Below, piece after piece: positions 11,368 through 21,841 of a DNA stretch of 64,000 bases. Under the pieces are notes generated by a model, which was given only the letters and a program-made list of their open reading frames with translations, was not told the DNA's origin and made no database searches. This DNA comes from Vulcanimicrobiota bacterium. Its GTDB lineage: Bacteria; Vulcanimicrobiota; Vulcanimicrobiia; Vulcanimicrobiales; Vulcanimicrobiaceae. Where the stretch lies: contig CAWAXX010000014.1 of NCBI GenBank assembly GCA_963786105.1, positions 32,001 to 96,000 on the forward strand. The letters run 5' to 3'. Positions within the stretch are counted from its first letter, which is position 1, and the number at the start of each line of letters is the position of its first letter. A program made the position numbers and the translations under genes.

Positions 11368-12934
11368 CTCCCGCAGGGCGGCTGAGGCTGCCCTGTTTTC
11401 ACTCTCCGACAAAACCGGTGCCGCCGATCTCGGGCGAGCCCTGCACGAGCGCGGCACGGTCATCTACGCGACCGGCGGAACTCGCGCGTTTTTGGAAGAG
11501 CACGGCGTGCCGGCTCGCGACGTCGGAGACGTCACCGGTTTCCCCGCGCTGTTCAGCGGTCGCGTAAAAACGCTGCATCCGAAAGTCTTCGGCGGAATTT
11601 TATACGATCGCAACGACATCGAACATCGCGCGCAAGCCGAAACGTACGCGATTCCGCGCATCCACACCGTCGCCGTCAATCTGTATCCGTTCGAGGCGAC
11701 GGTCGCTAAGGAGGGCACGACGCTGGCCGAAGCGATCGAACAGATCGACATCGGCGGCGTAGCACTGTTGCGCGCGGCCGCGAAGAACTTCGAGCACGTC
11801 GCGGTGCTGACGCATCCGTCGCAATACGCCGAGTATCTCGCGGAGCTGGGAGACGGCACGGTATCGGTAGGCTTGCAGCGCCGGCTTGCGGTCGCGGCCT
11901 TCGAGCGCACGGCCGAGTACGACGTTGCGATTTCCCATTACCTCGCAACCTCCGGCGAAGTATTGCCGAGCGCTCTGCCGGGTGCCCTGGCGCTGACGCT
12001 GCCGTTGGCGAAGCGGCTGCGCTACGGCACCAATCCGCAGGAGCGCGCCGCCTTCTATCTCGATCGGCCCGATCGCCTCCCTGAACAACTGCACGGGAAG
12101 GCACTGAGTTATAACAACCTGCTCGATCTCGACGCGACCCTGCGGTTGCTGTCACGCGCGCCACTGGGCGCGGAGTTCGGCAGCCGGCGCGAGCGCTACG
12201 TGCGCGCAGCCGTGGTGAAGCACACCGTCCCCTGCGGGGTAGCCCAGCGGTCGCGCGTCGGTATTGCGGTGCACGATGCGCTGGCGGCCGATCCGATTTC
12301 GGCCTATGGCGGCATCGTGGCGACCGACGCGGCGATCGATGGCGATTCGGCCGCATCCTTGGCGAAATATTTTCTCGAAATCGTAGCGGCGCCGGGTTTC
12401 GACGACGACGCGCTCGCGCTGCTGCGTAAGAAGAAAAACCTTCGCATCATGCGCTTTGCAGCGTCGCTGCCCGACGAGCTTGCGCGCGAGCTGCGCGTCC
12501 GCAGCGCGCTCGGCGGCGTGCTGGCCGAAGACAACGATCCGGCCGCTCCGCCCGAGCACTGGAGCGTCGTCAGCCGGCGCCAGCCCACCGAACAAGAGTG
12601 GCACGATCTCGCGTTTGCGTGGGATGTCGTGCGGCACGTCAAGTCAAACGGCATCGTGGTCGTCAAAGGCGGGACGACGCGCGGCATTTGTGCCGGTCAG
12701 ACCAATCGCGTCAGCGCGGTGCAGATCGCCACCGCACGCGCGGCCATCACCGGCGGTGCCTGCGCGAGCGACGGGTTTTTCCCGTTTGCCGACGGCCTCG
12801 AAGCGGCCGCCGCCGGCGGCTGCGCGGCGATCATCGCCCCCGGGGGCTCGGTGCGCGACGAAGAAGTCGTCGCCGCGGCCGATCGTCTCGGCGTTGCGCT
12901 CGTCTTTTCGTCGTACCGCTACTTCTTACACTAA
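11360..12934 (+). CDS. purH: bifunctional AICAR transformylase/IMP cyclohydrolase
   Basis: SDKTG, GRVKTLHP, IDIGG..LLRAAAKN, LRYGTNP, VKSNGIV, SDGFFPF, PGGSVRD. Confidence 0.95.
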   Translation: MPDSRRAAEAALFSLSDKTGAADLGRALHERGTVIYATGGTRAFLEEHGVPARDVGDVTGFPALFSGRVKTLHPKVFGGILYDRNDIEHRAQAETYAIPRIHTVAVNLYPFEATVAKEGTTLAEAIEQIDIGGVALLRAAAKNFEHVAVLTHPSQYAEYLAELGDGTVSVGLQRRLAVAAFERTAEYDVAISHYLATSGEVLPSALPGALALTLPLAKRLRYGTNPQERAAFYLDRPDRLPEQLHGKALSYNNLLDLDATLRLLSRAPLGAEFGSRRERYVRAAVVKHTVPCGVAQRSRVGIAVHDALAADPISAYGGIVATDAAIDGDSAASLAKYFLEIVAAPGFDDDALALLRKKKNLRIMRFAASLPDELARELRVRSALGGVLAEDNDPAAPPEHWSVVSRRQPTEQEWHDLAFAWDVVRHVKSNGIVVVKGGTTRGICAGQTNRVSAVQIATARAAITGGACASDGFFPFADGLEAAAAGGCAAIIAPGGSVRDEEVVAAADRLGVALVFSSYRYFLH

Positions 12935-12943
12935 AAGCGCCGC

Positions 12944-14302
12944 TTATTGGTTGTCGGGTGGGCGGTGATCGACGGGTTCGCGTTGGAAGTACGCCGCATC
13001 CAAGCGCGCGGGGATTGGAACGAATTGACGCGGCGGCTTCGAAAAATCGAAACAGTCGCCGGCAGGCGAAGTCGCACGCGCGTCAGCTGCCGACAGTCTC
13101 GGAAGGCCGAACCGATCCTCGACGAATTTTAGAAGGCTGCCGTGTTCGTATTGCACGTGCGAAACGTAACTTTTTTTGGCGTACGCCGAGACGACCAGCA
13201 ACGGCACGCGGATCCCTAGTCCGTCGTAATCGGCGAACGGCGGCGCAACGTGATCGTACCAGCCGCCGTACTCGTCCCACATGATGAAGATCGCCGTCGA
13301 CTGCCAATACTTCGAGTTGCCGACGGCGTTGACGAGCGAAGCGACCCAGTGCGGACCGTGGGTCGCGCCGCAGTCCGCGTGATCGGAGTTCGGGCATGTC
13401 GGCATGACCCAGCTGACCGCGGGCAGTTTCCCGTTTTTGACGTCTTGAAAAAAGCGCGTTTGGGGACTGATGACGTTGTTGTTCCAGTCAGGCCCGTATC
13501 GGATGTGTTTGATTGCCTGGTAAGCGTTCCACAAGTTGCCGCTGCCGTCTTCCAGGCTCGACGTATAGTACGCCCACGAAATGCCGGCCGAGTCGAGTTC
13601 GTCCCCGAGCGTCCGATACTCGAAGCATGCTTGGATTCGGCCGCCGTAGGAGCGGTCTTGCGTAACGGTTCCGACCGTGTCTTTCGGCCCCCCGTCGCAG
13701 CCCCACGTCGTAGCCGGGTAGTTGATGGTCGAGTTCGCTTGGGCGGCGATGATGTATTGATGCGAGACGAAGCTGCTCGCATCGAAGTCGGATGGAAACA
13801 TGCGGTCGGCGAGCACGTACTGCTGCGCGATGGAAAAATACGGCTTCGTTTCGCTTTGCGGAACGTAGCCGTACTGCGGATTCGGATTCGGGCAAGGAGG
13901 CTCCCCACTACCGCCACAGGTTACGCTCTCGCGGTTGAAGCCGTCCATCTTACAGTTCGTACCGGGCAAGCTGCCTTGGCCGTCGCAGGCAGCGTAGTAC
14001 GAAACGGAGTTGTGCCCGACGTCCCAGTTTGCACCGAGCCCGATGGGTTTGAGCGCGATTTTCTTGCCGTCGGTCGCGTAGCCGAACGACTGCGTATCGG
14101 CTCCGGGAAACCCTTGGAACAGATTGTCGAAGCTGCGGTTCTCCTGCATGATGATGACGACGTGCGAGATCTTGCCGGCGACGCTTTGCCGTACGTCTTG
14201 ATGGCTTTCAACCGGCGGCGCACCGGCGTTTCCGATGCAACCCGAAATGGAGAGCCCGAGTGTCACGGCGATCGCTCGACCGGTGTCCGAAAAGATTCGC
14301 AT
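12944..14302 (-). CDS. phosphoesterase (phospholipase C/AcpA acid phosphatase family), probable lipoprotein
   Basis: HVVIIMQENRSFDN, SDH, WDEYGGWYDHV, GIRVP, SHVQYEHGS; Cys after hydrophobic N-terminus (ISGC). Confidence 0.85.
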   Translation of the reverse strand: MRIFSDTGRAIAVTLGLSISGCIGNAGAPPVESHQDVRQSVAGKISHVVIIMQENRSFDNLFQGFPGADTQSFGYATDGKKIALKPIGLGANWDVGHNSVSYYAACDGQGSLPGTNCKMDGFNRESVTCGGSGEPPCPNPNPQYGYVPQSETKPYFSIAQQYVLADRMFPSDFDASSFVSHQYIIAAQANSTINYPATTWGCDGGPKDTVGTVTQDRSYGGRIQACFEYRTLGDELDSAGISWAYYTSSLEDGSGNLWNAYQAIKHIRYGPDWNNNVISPQTRFFQDVKNGKLPAVSWVMPTCPNSDHADCGATHGPHWVASLVNAVGNSKYWQSTAIFIMWDEYGGWYDHVAPPFADYDGLGIRVPLLVVSAYAKKSYVSHVQYEHGSLLKFVEDRFGLPRLSAADARATSPAGDCFDFSKPPRQFVPIPARLDAAYFQREPVDHRPPDNQ

Positions 14303-14311
14303 GGCTCCCTT

Positions 14312-15709
14312 TTAATCGTCGTCCGGCGGGCGGCCGTCGGGAGCTTCGTTTTCGAAGTCGGCGGCCTTGAGGCGGCTGGGAATCGGAGCGAACGGTCGCG
14401 GCAGCTGTGAGAAATCGAAGCAGTCTGTTTCTGGGGAGTTGGCGCGGGTGTCGGAAGTGGCCAATCGTGGAAGCCCGAACTGGTCTTCGACGAATTTGAG
14501 AATACTGCCGTTCTCGTATTGCACGTGCGAGACGTAGCTGCTCTTCGCGTAGGCCGAGATGACGATCATCGGCACGCGCACCCCAAGTCCGTCGTAGTCG
14601 ACGAATGGCGGAGGAACGTGGTCGTACCAGCCGCCGTAGTCGTCCCACATTACAAAAATCGCGGTCGAGTCCCAATACTTCGACTTGCCGACGGCATTGA
14701 CGAGCGACGCTACCCAGTGCGGCCCTTGGTCCGTATCGCAGCCGGCGTGGTCCGAGTTCTTGCAAAGCGGGGTTACCCAGCTTACCGAAGGCAACGTCCC
14801 GCCGTTGACGTCTTTGAAGAACCCCGTCGGCGGGCTGACCACGTGCTTGCTCCAGGCCGGGCCGTCGCGGATGTGTTTGATTGCTTGGTACGCGCTCCAG
14901 ATGCCGCCGTGGTACACTTCGTTGATATTCGCGGCATAGTAACGCCATGAAAGCCCCGCATCGTCGAGCTCGTCGCCCAGCGTGCGGTAATCGAAACATG
15001 CGGCGATCGGGCTCCCGTACTTGCGCTTGTGCGTCACGGTACCAATGTGGTCTTGCGGTCCTCCGTCGCAGCCCCACGGAGGGTGCTGCGGATAATCGAC
15101 GGCGGAGCCGGATTGACCGGCGATCAGATACTGGTGCGAAACGAAGCTGCTTCCGTCGAAGTTTGAAGCAAAGGTCCTGTCGGCCAACACGTACTGCTGC
15201 GCCATAGCGAAATATGGCTGCGTCTCGTTGCTTGGGACGTACGAATACTGCGGATGCGCGTTGGGACACGGCGGCTGACCCGCGCCACCGCAGCTGACCT
15301 TCTCTTGGTTGAAGCCGTTCATCTTACAATGCGTGCCGGGAATGGGTCCCCACCCGTTGCACGCGGCGAAGAAAGCCTGCGAATTATGGGCGACGTCCCA
15401 CAACACTTGGAATCCGACCGGCGCCAGCGCGAGACGCTTACCGTTGCTCGAGTAACCGTACGGCTGCGTATCCGCCCCCGGAAAGCCCTGAAACAGATTG
15501 TCGAAGCTGCGGTTTTCTTGCACGATGATGACGATGTGCTTGATCTTTCCCGAAGCCATCGAACCAAGGTTGCCAAGCAAGGCAGGCTGCGCCGGGTTCG
15601 CAATGGGAACGTCCACCGCCGGTGAGCCGCCGCTCCCCCCGCAGGCAGCCAGAAAAACCGCCACCAATGCGACGGTTAGGGCTCGGCAGTTGACGGGGAC
15701 CCTGTACAT
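14312..15709 (-). CDS. phosphoesterase (phospholipase C/AcpA family) lipoprotein, tandem paralog
   Basis: FLAAC lipobox; HIVIIVQENRSFDN, WDDYGGWYDHV; colinear with the neighbouring paralog. Confidence 0.85.
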   Translation of the reverse strand: MYRVPVNCRALTVALVAVFLAACGGSGGSPAVDVPIANPAQPALLGNLGSMASGKIKHIVIIVQENRSFDNLFQGFPGADTQPYGYSSNGKRLALAPVGFQVLWDVAHNSQAFFAACNGWGPIPGTHCKMNGFNQEKVSCGGAGQPPCPNAHPQYSYVPSNETQPYFAMAQQYVLADRTFASNFDGSSFVSHQYLIAGQSGSAVDYPQHPPWGCDGGPQDHIGTVTHKRKYGSPIAACFDYRTLGDELDDAGLSWRYYAANINEVYHGGIWSAYQAIKHIRDGPAWSKHVVSPPTGFFKDVNGGTLPSVSWVTPLCKNSDHAGCDTDQGPHWVASLVNAVGKSKYWDSTAIFVMWDDYGGWYDHVPPPFVDYDGLGVRVPMIVISAYAKSSYVSHVQYENGSILKFVEDQFGLPRLATSDTRANSPETDCFDFSQLPRPFAPIPSRLKAADFENEAPDGRPPDDD

Positions 15710-15853
15710 GCTATCTCCGTTCGATCCTTAGCAGAAAGAACGTCTTCGAATCGTTCCGCAGCAGCAATTCCGCGGCCTTCTAGTCTGCGGCGCGCGGCGG
15801 CCGAAGGTGGAAGACCATCGTACTTCCGCGAAGAGAGCCTCGGAGCAACTCAT

Positions 15854-17108
15854 ATGCGAACGACTTTCTTACCCGTGGTTCTCTTTGCGTTTGCAGCGGC
15901 CGGCTGCGGTCGCGGCGTGGTGACGTCGTCGATCCCGGCGTCGGCACCCAACGCAACCACGGTGCAGTCGCCGGCCACCAGCCCCTATCGAATCCTCTAC
16001 ACCTTTAAAGGCGCGCCGGACGGTGCGATGCCGGAGGCCGGGCTGCTCGCCGTAAACGATGCCGTATACGGCACGACGTCCGGCGGCGGCAGAGTCTCTG
16101 ATTGCAGCAGCGGTTCGGGCGCGGGGTGCGGGACCGTATTCCGAGTGCGTCTGTCGGGCATCGAACGCATCATCCACCGGTTTGGAAGCGGTGGTGACGG
16201 GGCCAATCCTCGCGGCGATCTGATCGTCAGGAACGGCTTGCTGTACGGCACGACCGAAAATGGAGGCGCGAGCGGAAACGGGGCGATCTTCAAGGTGAAC
16301 GCGTTCGGCGCGGAAAGCGTGCTCTACAGTTTTAACGGAATTCCGGACGGCGCAAAACCGCAAGCTGGACTCAGGGACGTAAAAGGTTTGCTGTACGGCA
16401 CGACGTTCGGCGGCGGCAATACCGGCTGTTTCAACAGTCCGAGCGGGTGCGGCACGGCGTTTCAAGTCAGCACGTCGGGAAGCGAGCGCATTCTCCATCG
16501 GTTTGGAATACGTCCGGACGGTTCGTTCCCGGAATCGAATCTTGCCGTGATGAACGGCGTGTTCTACGGTACGACGCTGAAACGGACGTCGAATGAAGGT
16601 GGTGCGACGTGCGGCACCGGCGACGGATGCGGGATCGTGTTCCAAATGAGCGCGTCCGGCCAAGAAAGCGTGCTCTACCGCTTTTTAAAGAAGCCCGACG
16701 GCTCGAACCCGGTGGCGGGTCTCACCGCCTTGGGCGGAAATCTTTACGGGACGACTACCACCGGCGGTGCGGCCGGCAAGGGAACCGTTTTCGAGGTGAA
16801 CACGTCGGGCGTGGAGCAGGTGTTGCATGGTTTTAAGGGCTATGGCGACGGCGCGAACCCGTACGGTGGTTTGCTCGCGGTGAACGGCCTGCTTTACGGC
16901 ACGACCTACAACGGCGGGAAGTACGGTAAGGGGACGCTTTTCAAGATCGACACGTCCGGTGTCAAAACCGTGCTCCACGACTTCGGAGTCGGCACCGATG
17001 GCGCGCACCCCCACGGAAATCTCATCATCCATGGTGGAGTGCTTTACGGAACCACGGAGCTCGGCGGCGCGAACAACTCATGGGACGGTCTTTTCGCGAT
17101 TACCGTGA
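15854..17108 (+). CDS. lipoprotein with 7 Gloeo_Verruco (GloVer)-type repeats, probable beta-propeller (extra base near 17078)
   Basis: AAAGC lipobox; seven DG..P...L.....LYGTT..GG....G.VF units. The +1 frame completes GTVFSRLP-stop at TGA 17106-17108, overlapping the next ATG. Confidence 0.8.
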
Positions 17109-18212
17109 TGTCTTTGCGAGTTCCATCGGCGCTTGCGGCCGCCGTGTCCCTGGCCGCCTGTAGCGGCGCCTCCGTTCCCGCAACCGCGCCGCAAGCTCTC
17201 AGCCAGCGATCGGCGATCGACGGCACCGGTGGCGACGCCGCGCCGGGGTGCCGCACTCAAACGTGTATCTACGTCACCAATAACGCCTTCTACGGACACT
17301 ATCGCCAAGGCAATAAGGTGCTCGTCTTTCCTCGCGACGCCGACGGAAACGTCGCGCCGATCGCCAAAATCGAAGGCACGGCTACCGGCTTGAAATATCC
17401 TCGTGCGATTGCCCTAGATCGCGGGCGAAAAGTGTACGTCTCGAAATTTCACGCCGTCCGAAAGCGGCAGCAACGTCACCGTTTACGGCGCCGGCGCGAC
17501 CGGCAACGCCTCGCCTCTCCAAAATATAACCGGCGCGAGCACCGGCCTCTACGCCCCTACGTCGGTGTCGGTCGATGCGGACGCCAACATCTACGTTACC
17601 GACATGTACGGCGTCGCGTCCGGCTGCTCTAATCCGACGCAGGGATGCTGGGACATCAACGTCTACGCTGCCGGCTCGAACGGCAACGTTGCGCCCGTCC
17701 GGAGCATCCGCGGGCAATCGACGAAACTCTACTACGTCTACGGTTCCGCGGTCGATGCCGGCGGCAACGTGTACGTCGCCAACGGCTATCATTCCGGCTG
17801 CTGCATTACCGTGTACGCACCCGGCGCTACGGGCGACGTCAAACCCATCAGGAACATCAGCGGGGCGAAAACGCAGCTGGCCGTACCGGTTGGACTCGCT
17901 CTGGACGCGCGCGGCGACATCTACGTCTTGAACGCGGAGGGAAGCCCCACCCGCAGCGTGACCGTGTATGCCGCCGGAGCGAACGGGAACGTCAAGCCCA
18001 TTCGCGCGATCGTCGGTCAAAAGACGGGATTGTACGCCGCCCCCGACGCCTTAGCCGTTGACGGGAGCGGGCGGGTATACGTGCTTCAGTCGGGGGCTGC
18101 CAATTCGATTGCGGTTTTCGCGGCCGGCGCTAACGGCAACGTCGCGCCGGTTCGCGTGATCCAAGGGAACAAGACCGGGATGACGAGTCCCTGGGGCATC
18201 GCCGTTCGTTAG
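17108..18212 (+). CDS. lipoprotein with 6 NHL-like repeats, probable beta-propeller (extra A at 17444-17446)
   Basis: New signal peptide with LAAC lipobox at 17108; repeats of YV.N...V.VYA.GA.GNV.P...I.G..T.L..P..LA.D. Removing one A joins the two ORF pieces seamlessly. Confidence 0.75.
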
Positions 18213-18219
18213 GAGTTAT

Positions 18220-18633
18220 ATGCCACGATTTTTGCATACGTCTATCTTCGTCAACGACATGAACGAGTCGATCGATTTTTACACCGACAAGCTCGGGCTA
18301 AAACTGCTCGACGGACCGCGTCACTATCCCGGCAACTGCGACATGGCATTCGTCGGCACCGATTGGAATGCGTACGTCGAGCTGGTGTACGATCTCGAAG
18401 AACATCCGCCCTACGAGATCGGCAATCGTTACGAGCATCTCGCGCTGGAAGCCGACGGCGATCTGGGAGAATACGTCGATGGCCTGAAGAAAAAAGGCGT
18501 AAAGATTCTCAAAGACGTGTATAAGTCTCCGGGCGGAACCCGCGCAATTGCCTTCGTCGAAGATCCCAACGGCATCCCGGTGGAGCTGTTGGAACCCCGG
18601 ACACACGCAAGCCGCGCCGTCAGCGGTAGATAA
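18220..18633 (+). CDS. VOC/glyoxalase I (lactoylglutathione lyase-like) protein
   Basis: FLHTSIFV, VELVY, YEHLAL, FVEDPNGIPVELLE metal ligands; AGGAG RBS. Confidence 0.85.
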   Translation: MPRFLHTSIFVNDMNESIDFYTDKLGLKLLDGPRHYPGNCDMAFVGTDWNAYVELVYDLEEHPPYEIGNRYEHLALEADGDLGEYVDGLKKKGVKILKDVYKSPGGTRAIAFVEDPNGIPVELLEPRTHASRAVSGR

Positions 18634-19744
18634 ACGGATCGGCGGGCGGAGCGATCCGCTCGATGCTGCCGACGACGAGCCGCGGGTCGCCGGCGTGAAC
18701 GTCGATAGCTCCGCCGGCGCGCAACCACGTGCCGGCGGGAAATGGTGGCGGCTGCGCGAGCCGCACGGCCACCGGAGCCGCGTCGGCGCGGCAGCACGTA
18801 ATCGCGTAGCGCACCAAAGCGGCGTCATTCGCATGACGCACCAGCGTGCCGGTGAACGTCAGGCGATCTCCTGGAAAGAGGTCGCTTAGCGTCGTTTCCG
18901 TCGCGCGATACGCCGGCGGTGGCGCCGCGACGAGCGCGCCGAGCAGCATGAGTGCGGGAGCCAGCCGCGCCCGAGCGTCGCGTCGTGAGCGGTGAATCGA
19001 CGCGAGAACGAGCGCGACGACGCCGCACGCGAGCAACGCGCCGGCGATGGCCGGGTGCACTAAAGCGCCGCCGTGCCGCCAACCGACGATGCCGAGCGCA
19101 CACGCGAGCAAAACGTACGCTAAAACGTCGTGCATTGGCGCGTGATGCGTTCGGCGCGAAACGACCGTACGCAGGTCGGCGATTCCGGCGATGCAGAGAA
19201 ACGCCGCCGCGGCCAGCGGCGCCCGCCCGTGCAGTGCGCCGGCCACGCCGATCGCGCCAATTCCGCACGGCGCGGTCGCGAAGCCGAACAGCGCGCCGCC
19301 GAAAATCTGCACGGATGGCGCCAATCGTCGCAGGTCGGCCAACATTGCCAACTGCGTCACCGCGCCGGCGATCGCCGCCGCGGGCACGATGGCGGCCAGT
19401 TCGTCGAGCAGTTCGGGACTCTCGTGCGGAGTTTTGACGCCCGCGAATCGAGCGACGACGACCGCTGCGAGGAAACGTGCGATCGCAACGAGTGGGCCAA
19501 AAACGAGCCAGGCGGCTGCCGTCGCCGGCAACGATCGCTCGGATGGACCGGCTCCTCAGCCGCACCCGAGATACGCCGTCACGTGCCGGCACCGTATGAT
19601 TCGCGCCACGGCGACGCCCGCCAGTAAGAACGGCGTCGCTTCAAAGAGCGAGCTCGCCGACGTCGCCAGTGCGGAACGCAGCGTGTCCGGTGACGAAAAC
19701 ATTGCGACCGCGACGGCGGCTGCGACAAAGAGCGTAACGCGCAT
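18620..19744 (-). CDS. membrane permease (DUF318/YcgR-like) fused to a DUF1980/YcgQ-like domain; in-frame TGA at codon 63
   Basis: EATPFLLAG and several TM segments, then RYAITCCRADA and PPADPFIY. The two ORF-track pieces are in one frame, separated only by TGA 19556-19558 (LGCG*GAGP). Confidence 0.65.
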
Positions 19745-19828
19745 GCCGGCCAATCCCGGCCAGCGGCGATCGTCGCAATCGCGGCTGCACGTCCGGGAAC
19801 CCCCGCGGCGTCCGCGAAGTTCCGCTCC

Positions 19829-20104
19829 ATGCAGCGAATTGCCGCAAAGAGCGGCAGAGCATTCGAAGCGGTGGTCTGGATCGTGGCGGCAATCGCGGCG
19901 TGCTATCTGATCGCCGGCGCGTATTACGGGTATCTGGTGGGTCGCACGATGCACGAGGCCAAGGCCTCGAATCCAATGATCGCCATGGTTGCCGGCGCGG
20001 TCGGCCGCCATGCGTCCGAACAGTTTGCAATCGTCAGATTGAACGTGCCGGACTACATCGTTAAGGCCCCGACCTTCTGGGTCGTGCTGCGCATGAACGA
20101 GTGA
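19829..20104 (+). CDS. small membrane protein, hypothetical
   Basis: One TM helix; stop overlaps the hisS start (GTGA). Confidence 0.55.
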   Translation: MQRIAAKSGRAFEAVVWIVAAIAACYLIAGAYYGYLVGRTMHEAKASNPMIAMVAGAVGRHASEQFAIVRLNVPDYIVKAPTFWVVLRMNE

Positions 20105-21375
20105 TGCCGGCAAAATATACGGCACCGCGCGGAACGCAAGATTTCTATCCGCCCGACTCGGTGCGCTGGAACGCGCTCGAAGCACGCATCCGCACCTTGG
20201 CCGAGCGATTCGGCTACGGAGAAGTCCGCACGCCGCTGTTTGAGTCGACCGAGCTCTTCGTGCGAGGCGTCGGCGATACGACGGATATCGTCGAAAAAGA
20301 GATGTACCGGTTCAAGGATCGGGGCGATCGCGATATGGCCTTGCGTCCCGAATGGACCGCTCCGGTGGTGCGCGCCGCGCTCGAACACCATCTCTTCGCG
20401 CAGGGTCCCTTGCGGTTGTACTACATCGGGCCGATCTTTCGATACGAACGTCCGCAAAAGGGCCGTTACCGCCAGTCGCATCAGTTCGGCGTCGAATGCT
20501 TCGGATTTGCCGGGCCGGAAGCCGATTTGGAAGCGATCGCCCTGGCTTGGGAGCTGACGCGTGATTACGGCATCGACGATGCGGTGCTCAACGTCAATTC
20601 GCTGGGCGACGACGCGTGCCGCCCGCGCTACCGCGAGGCGCTTCTCGAACATTTTCGCCCGAATCTGGCAAAGTTGAGCGAGGATTCGCGCCGTCGGCTG
20701 GAACGCAATCCAATGCGGTTGCTCGACAGCAAAGATCCCGCCGACCTGCCCTACGTCGAAAGCGCGCCGACCTTGGAATCGACGCTGTGCGACGCGTGCC
20801 GCGAACACTTCGAGGCGCTCAAAGCGTATTTGGATCTCGCCGGGATCCCGTTCGTCGTGAATCCGCGCATCGTACGCGGCCTCGATTACTACAACCGAAC
20901 CGTGTTCGAAATTACGTCGAACGTGCTGGGCGCGCAGAGCGCCGTTTGCGGCGGCGGCCGCTACGACGGATTGGTACGCTCGCTGGGAGGGCCGGACGTT
21001 CCGGCCGTCGGCTTCGCACTCGGGTTGGAACGGTTCTTGATGATGCTCGAGGCGATGGCACCCGCCGGCGACCCTGTGCGGCGAGGAGTTCAGGCGATCG
21101 CGCTGGGCGCGCAAGCCCGAGCCGCCCTCGTTCCGATCGTCGCCGAACTGCGGCGCCGCCTCGACGAACCGACGTTTATCGATTACGAAGAGCGTAAGCT
21201 GCTGGCTCATTTGAAGATCGCCGACCGCAATCGCGCGCGCTACGCGCTAATTCTCGGCTCGCAGGAGTTGGCCGCCGGCGAACTGGTGCTGCGCGATTTG
21301 GAGAACCGCACCGACCGCCGGCTGCCCATCGGCTCCGGAAAAGACGTTGCCGCGGCACTCGTAGAAGGCAGCTAA
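20101..21375 (+). CDS. hisS: histidine--tRNA ligase
   Basis: PRGTQD, LRPEWTA, FRYERPQKGRYRQ, VRGLDYY, GGGRYDGL, GFALGLER. Confidence 0.97.
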   Translation: MMPAKYTAPRGTQDFYPPDSVRWNALEARIRTLAERFGYGEVRTPLFESTELFVRGVGDTTDIVEKEMYRFKDRGDRDMALRPEWTAPVVRAALEHHLFAQGPLRLYYIGPIFRYERPQKGRYRQSHQFGVECFGFAGPEADLEAIALAWELTRDYGIDDAVLNVNSLGDDACRPRYREALLEHFRPNLAKLSEDSRRRLERNPMRLLDSKDPADLPYVESAPTLESTLCDACREHFEALKAYLDLAGIPFVVNPRIVRGLDYYNRTVFEITSNVLGAQSAVCGGGRYDGLVRSLGGPDVPAVGFALGLERFLMMLEAMAPAGDPVRRGVQAIALGAQARAALVPIVAELRRRLDEPTFIDYEERKLLAHLKIADRNRARYALILGSQELAAGELVLRDLENRTDRRLPIGSGKDVAAALVEGS

Positions 21376-21377
21376 CT

Positions 21378-21830
21378 ATGGATGAAGAGCCCGATCGCGA
21401 ACGGCAAATCCTCACCGATTTGCTCGCGCTTATGCACGAGCACGATCTCGATCGCCTTAAGATCAAGCTGGAGGACGCGGTCTACGAAATCGATCGGCGC
21501 GCTCCGGGACAGCCGCCGCTCGCCGCCGCGGCGCCCGGAACGGCCGCTGCCGGCGGCTCGGATTCCGAGCCGGCTGCCGCCGCCGGCGCCAACGTCAAGC
21601 GGGTGACCGCGCCGCTAACCGGCGTCTTTTACCGGTCGTCGTCACCGGATGCCGAGGCATTCGTCGACGTCGGCGATCGCGTTGAAAACGGCGACGTGCT
21701 GTGCATTCTCGAAGCGATGAAGCTTTTCAACGAAATTCAGAGCGACTACGCCGGAACGATCGCGCGAATTCTTCCCGAAAACGGCGAGCTGGTCTCGCAG
21801 GGTGCCGATCTCTTCTGGATCGAGCCGTAA
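21378..21830 (+). CDS. accB: acetyl-CoA carboxylase biotin carboxyl carrier protein
   Basis: Ala/Pro linker, APLTGVFY, EAMKLFNEI biotinylation motif. Confidence 0.92.
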   Translation: MDEEPDRERQILTDLLALMHEHDLDRLKIKLEDAVYEIDRRAPGQPPLAAAAPGTAAAGGSDSEPAAAAGANVKRVTAPLTGVFYRSSSPDAEAFVDVGDRVENGDVLCILEAMKLFNEIQSDYAGTIARILPENGELVSQGADLFWIEP

Positions 21831-21841
21831 GAGGCGCGACG

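Noticed and set aside
15854..17632. 592-aa GloVer/NHL fusion
   Set aside because: An internal signal peptide with lipobox at 17108 and a TGATG junction indicate two genes plus indels.
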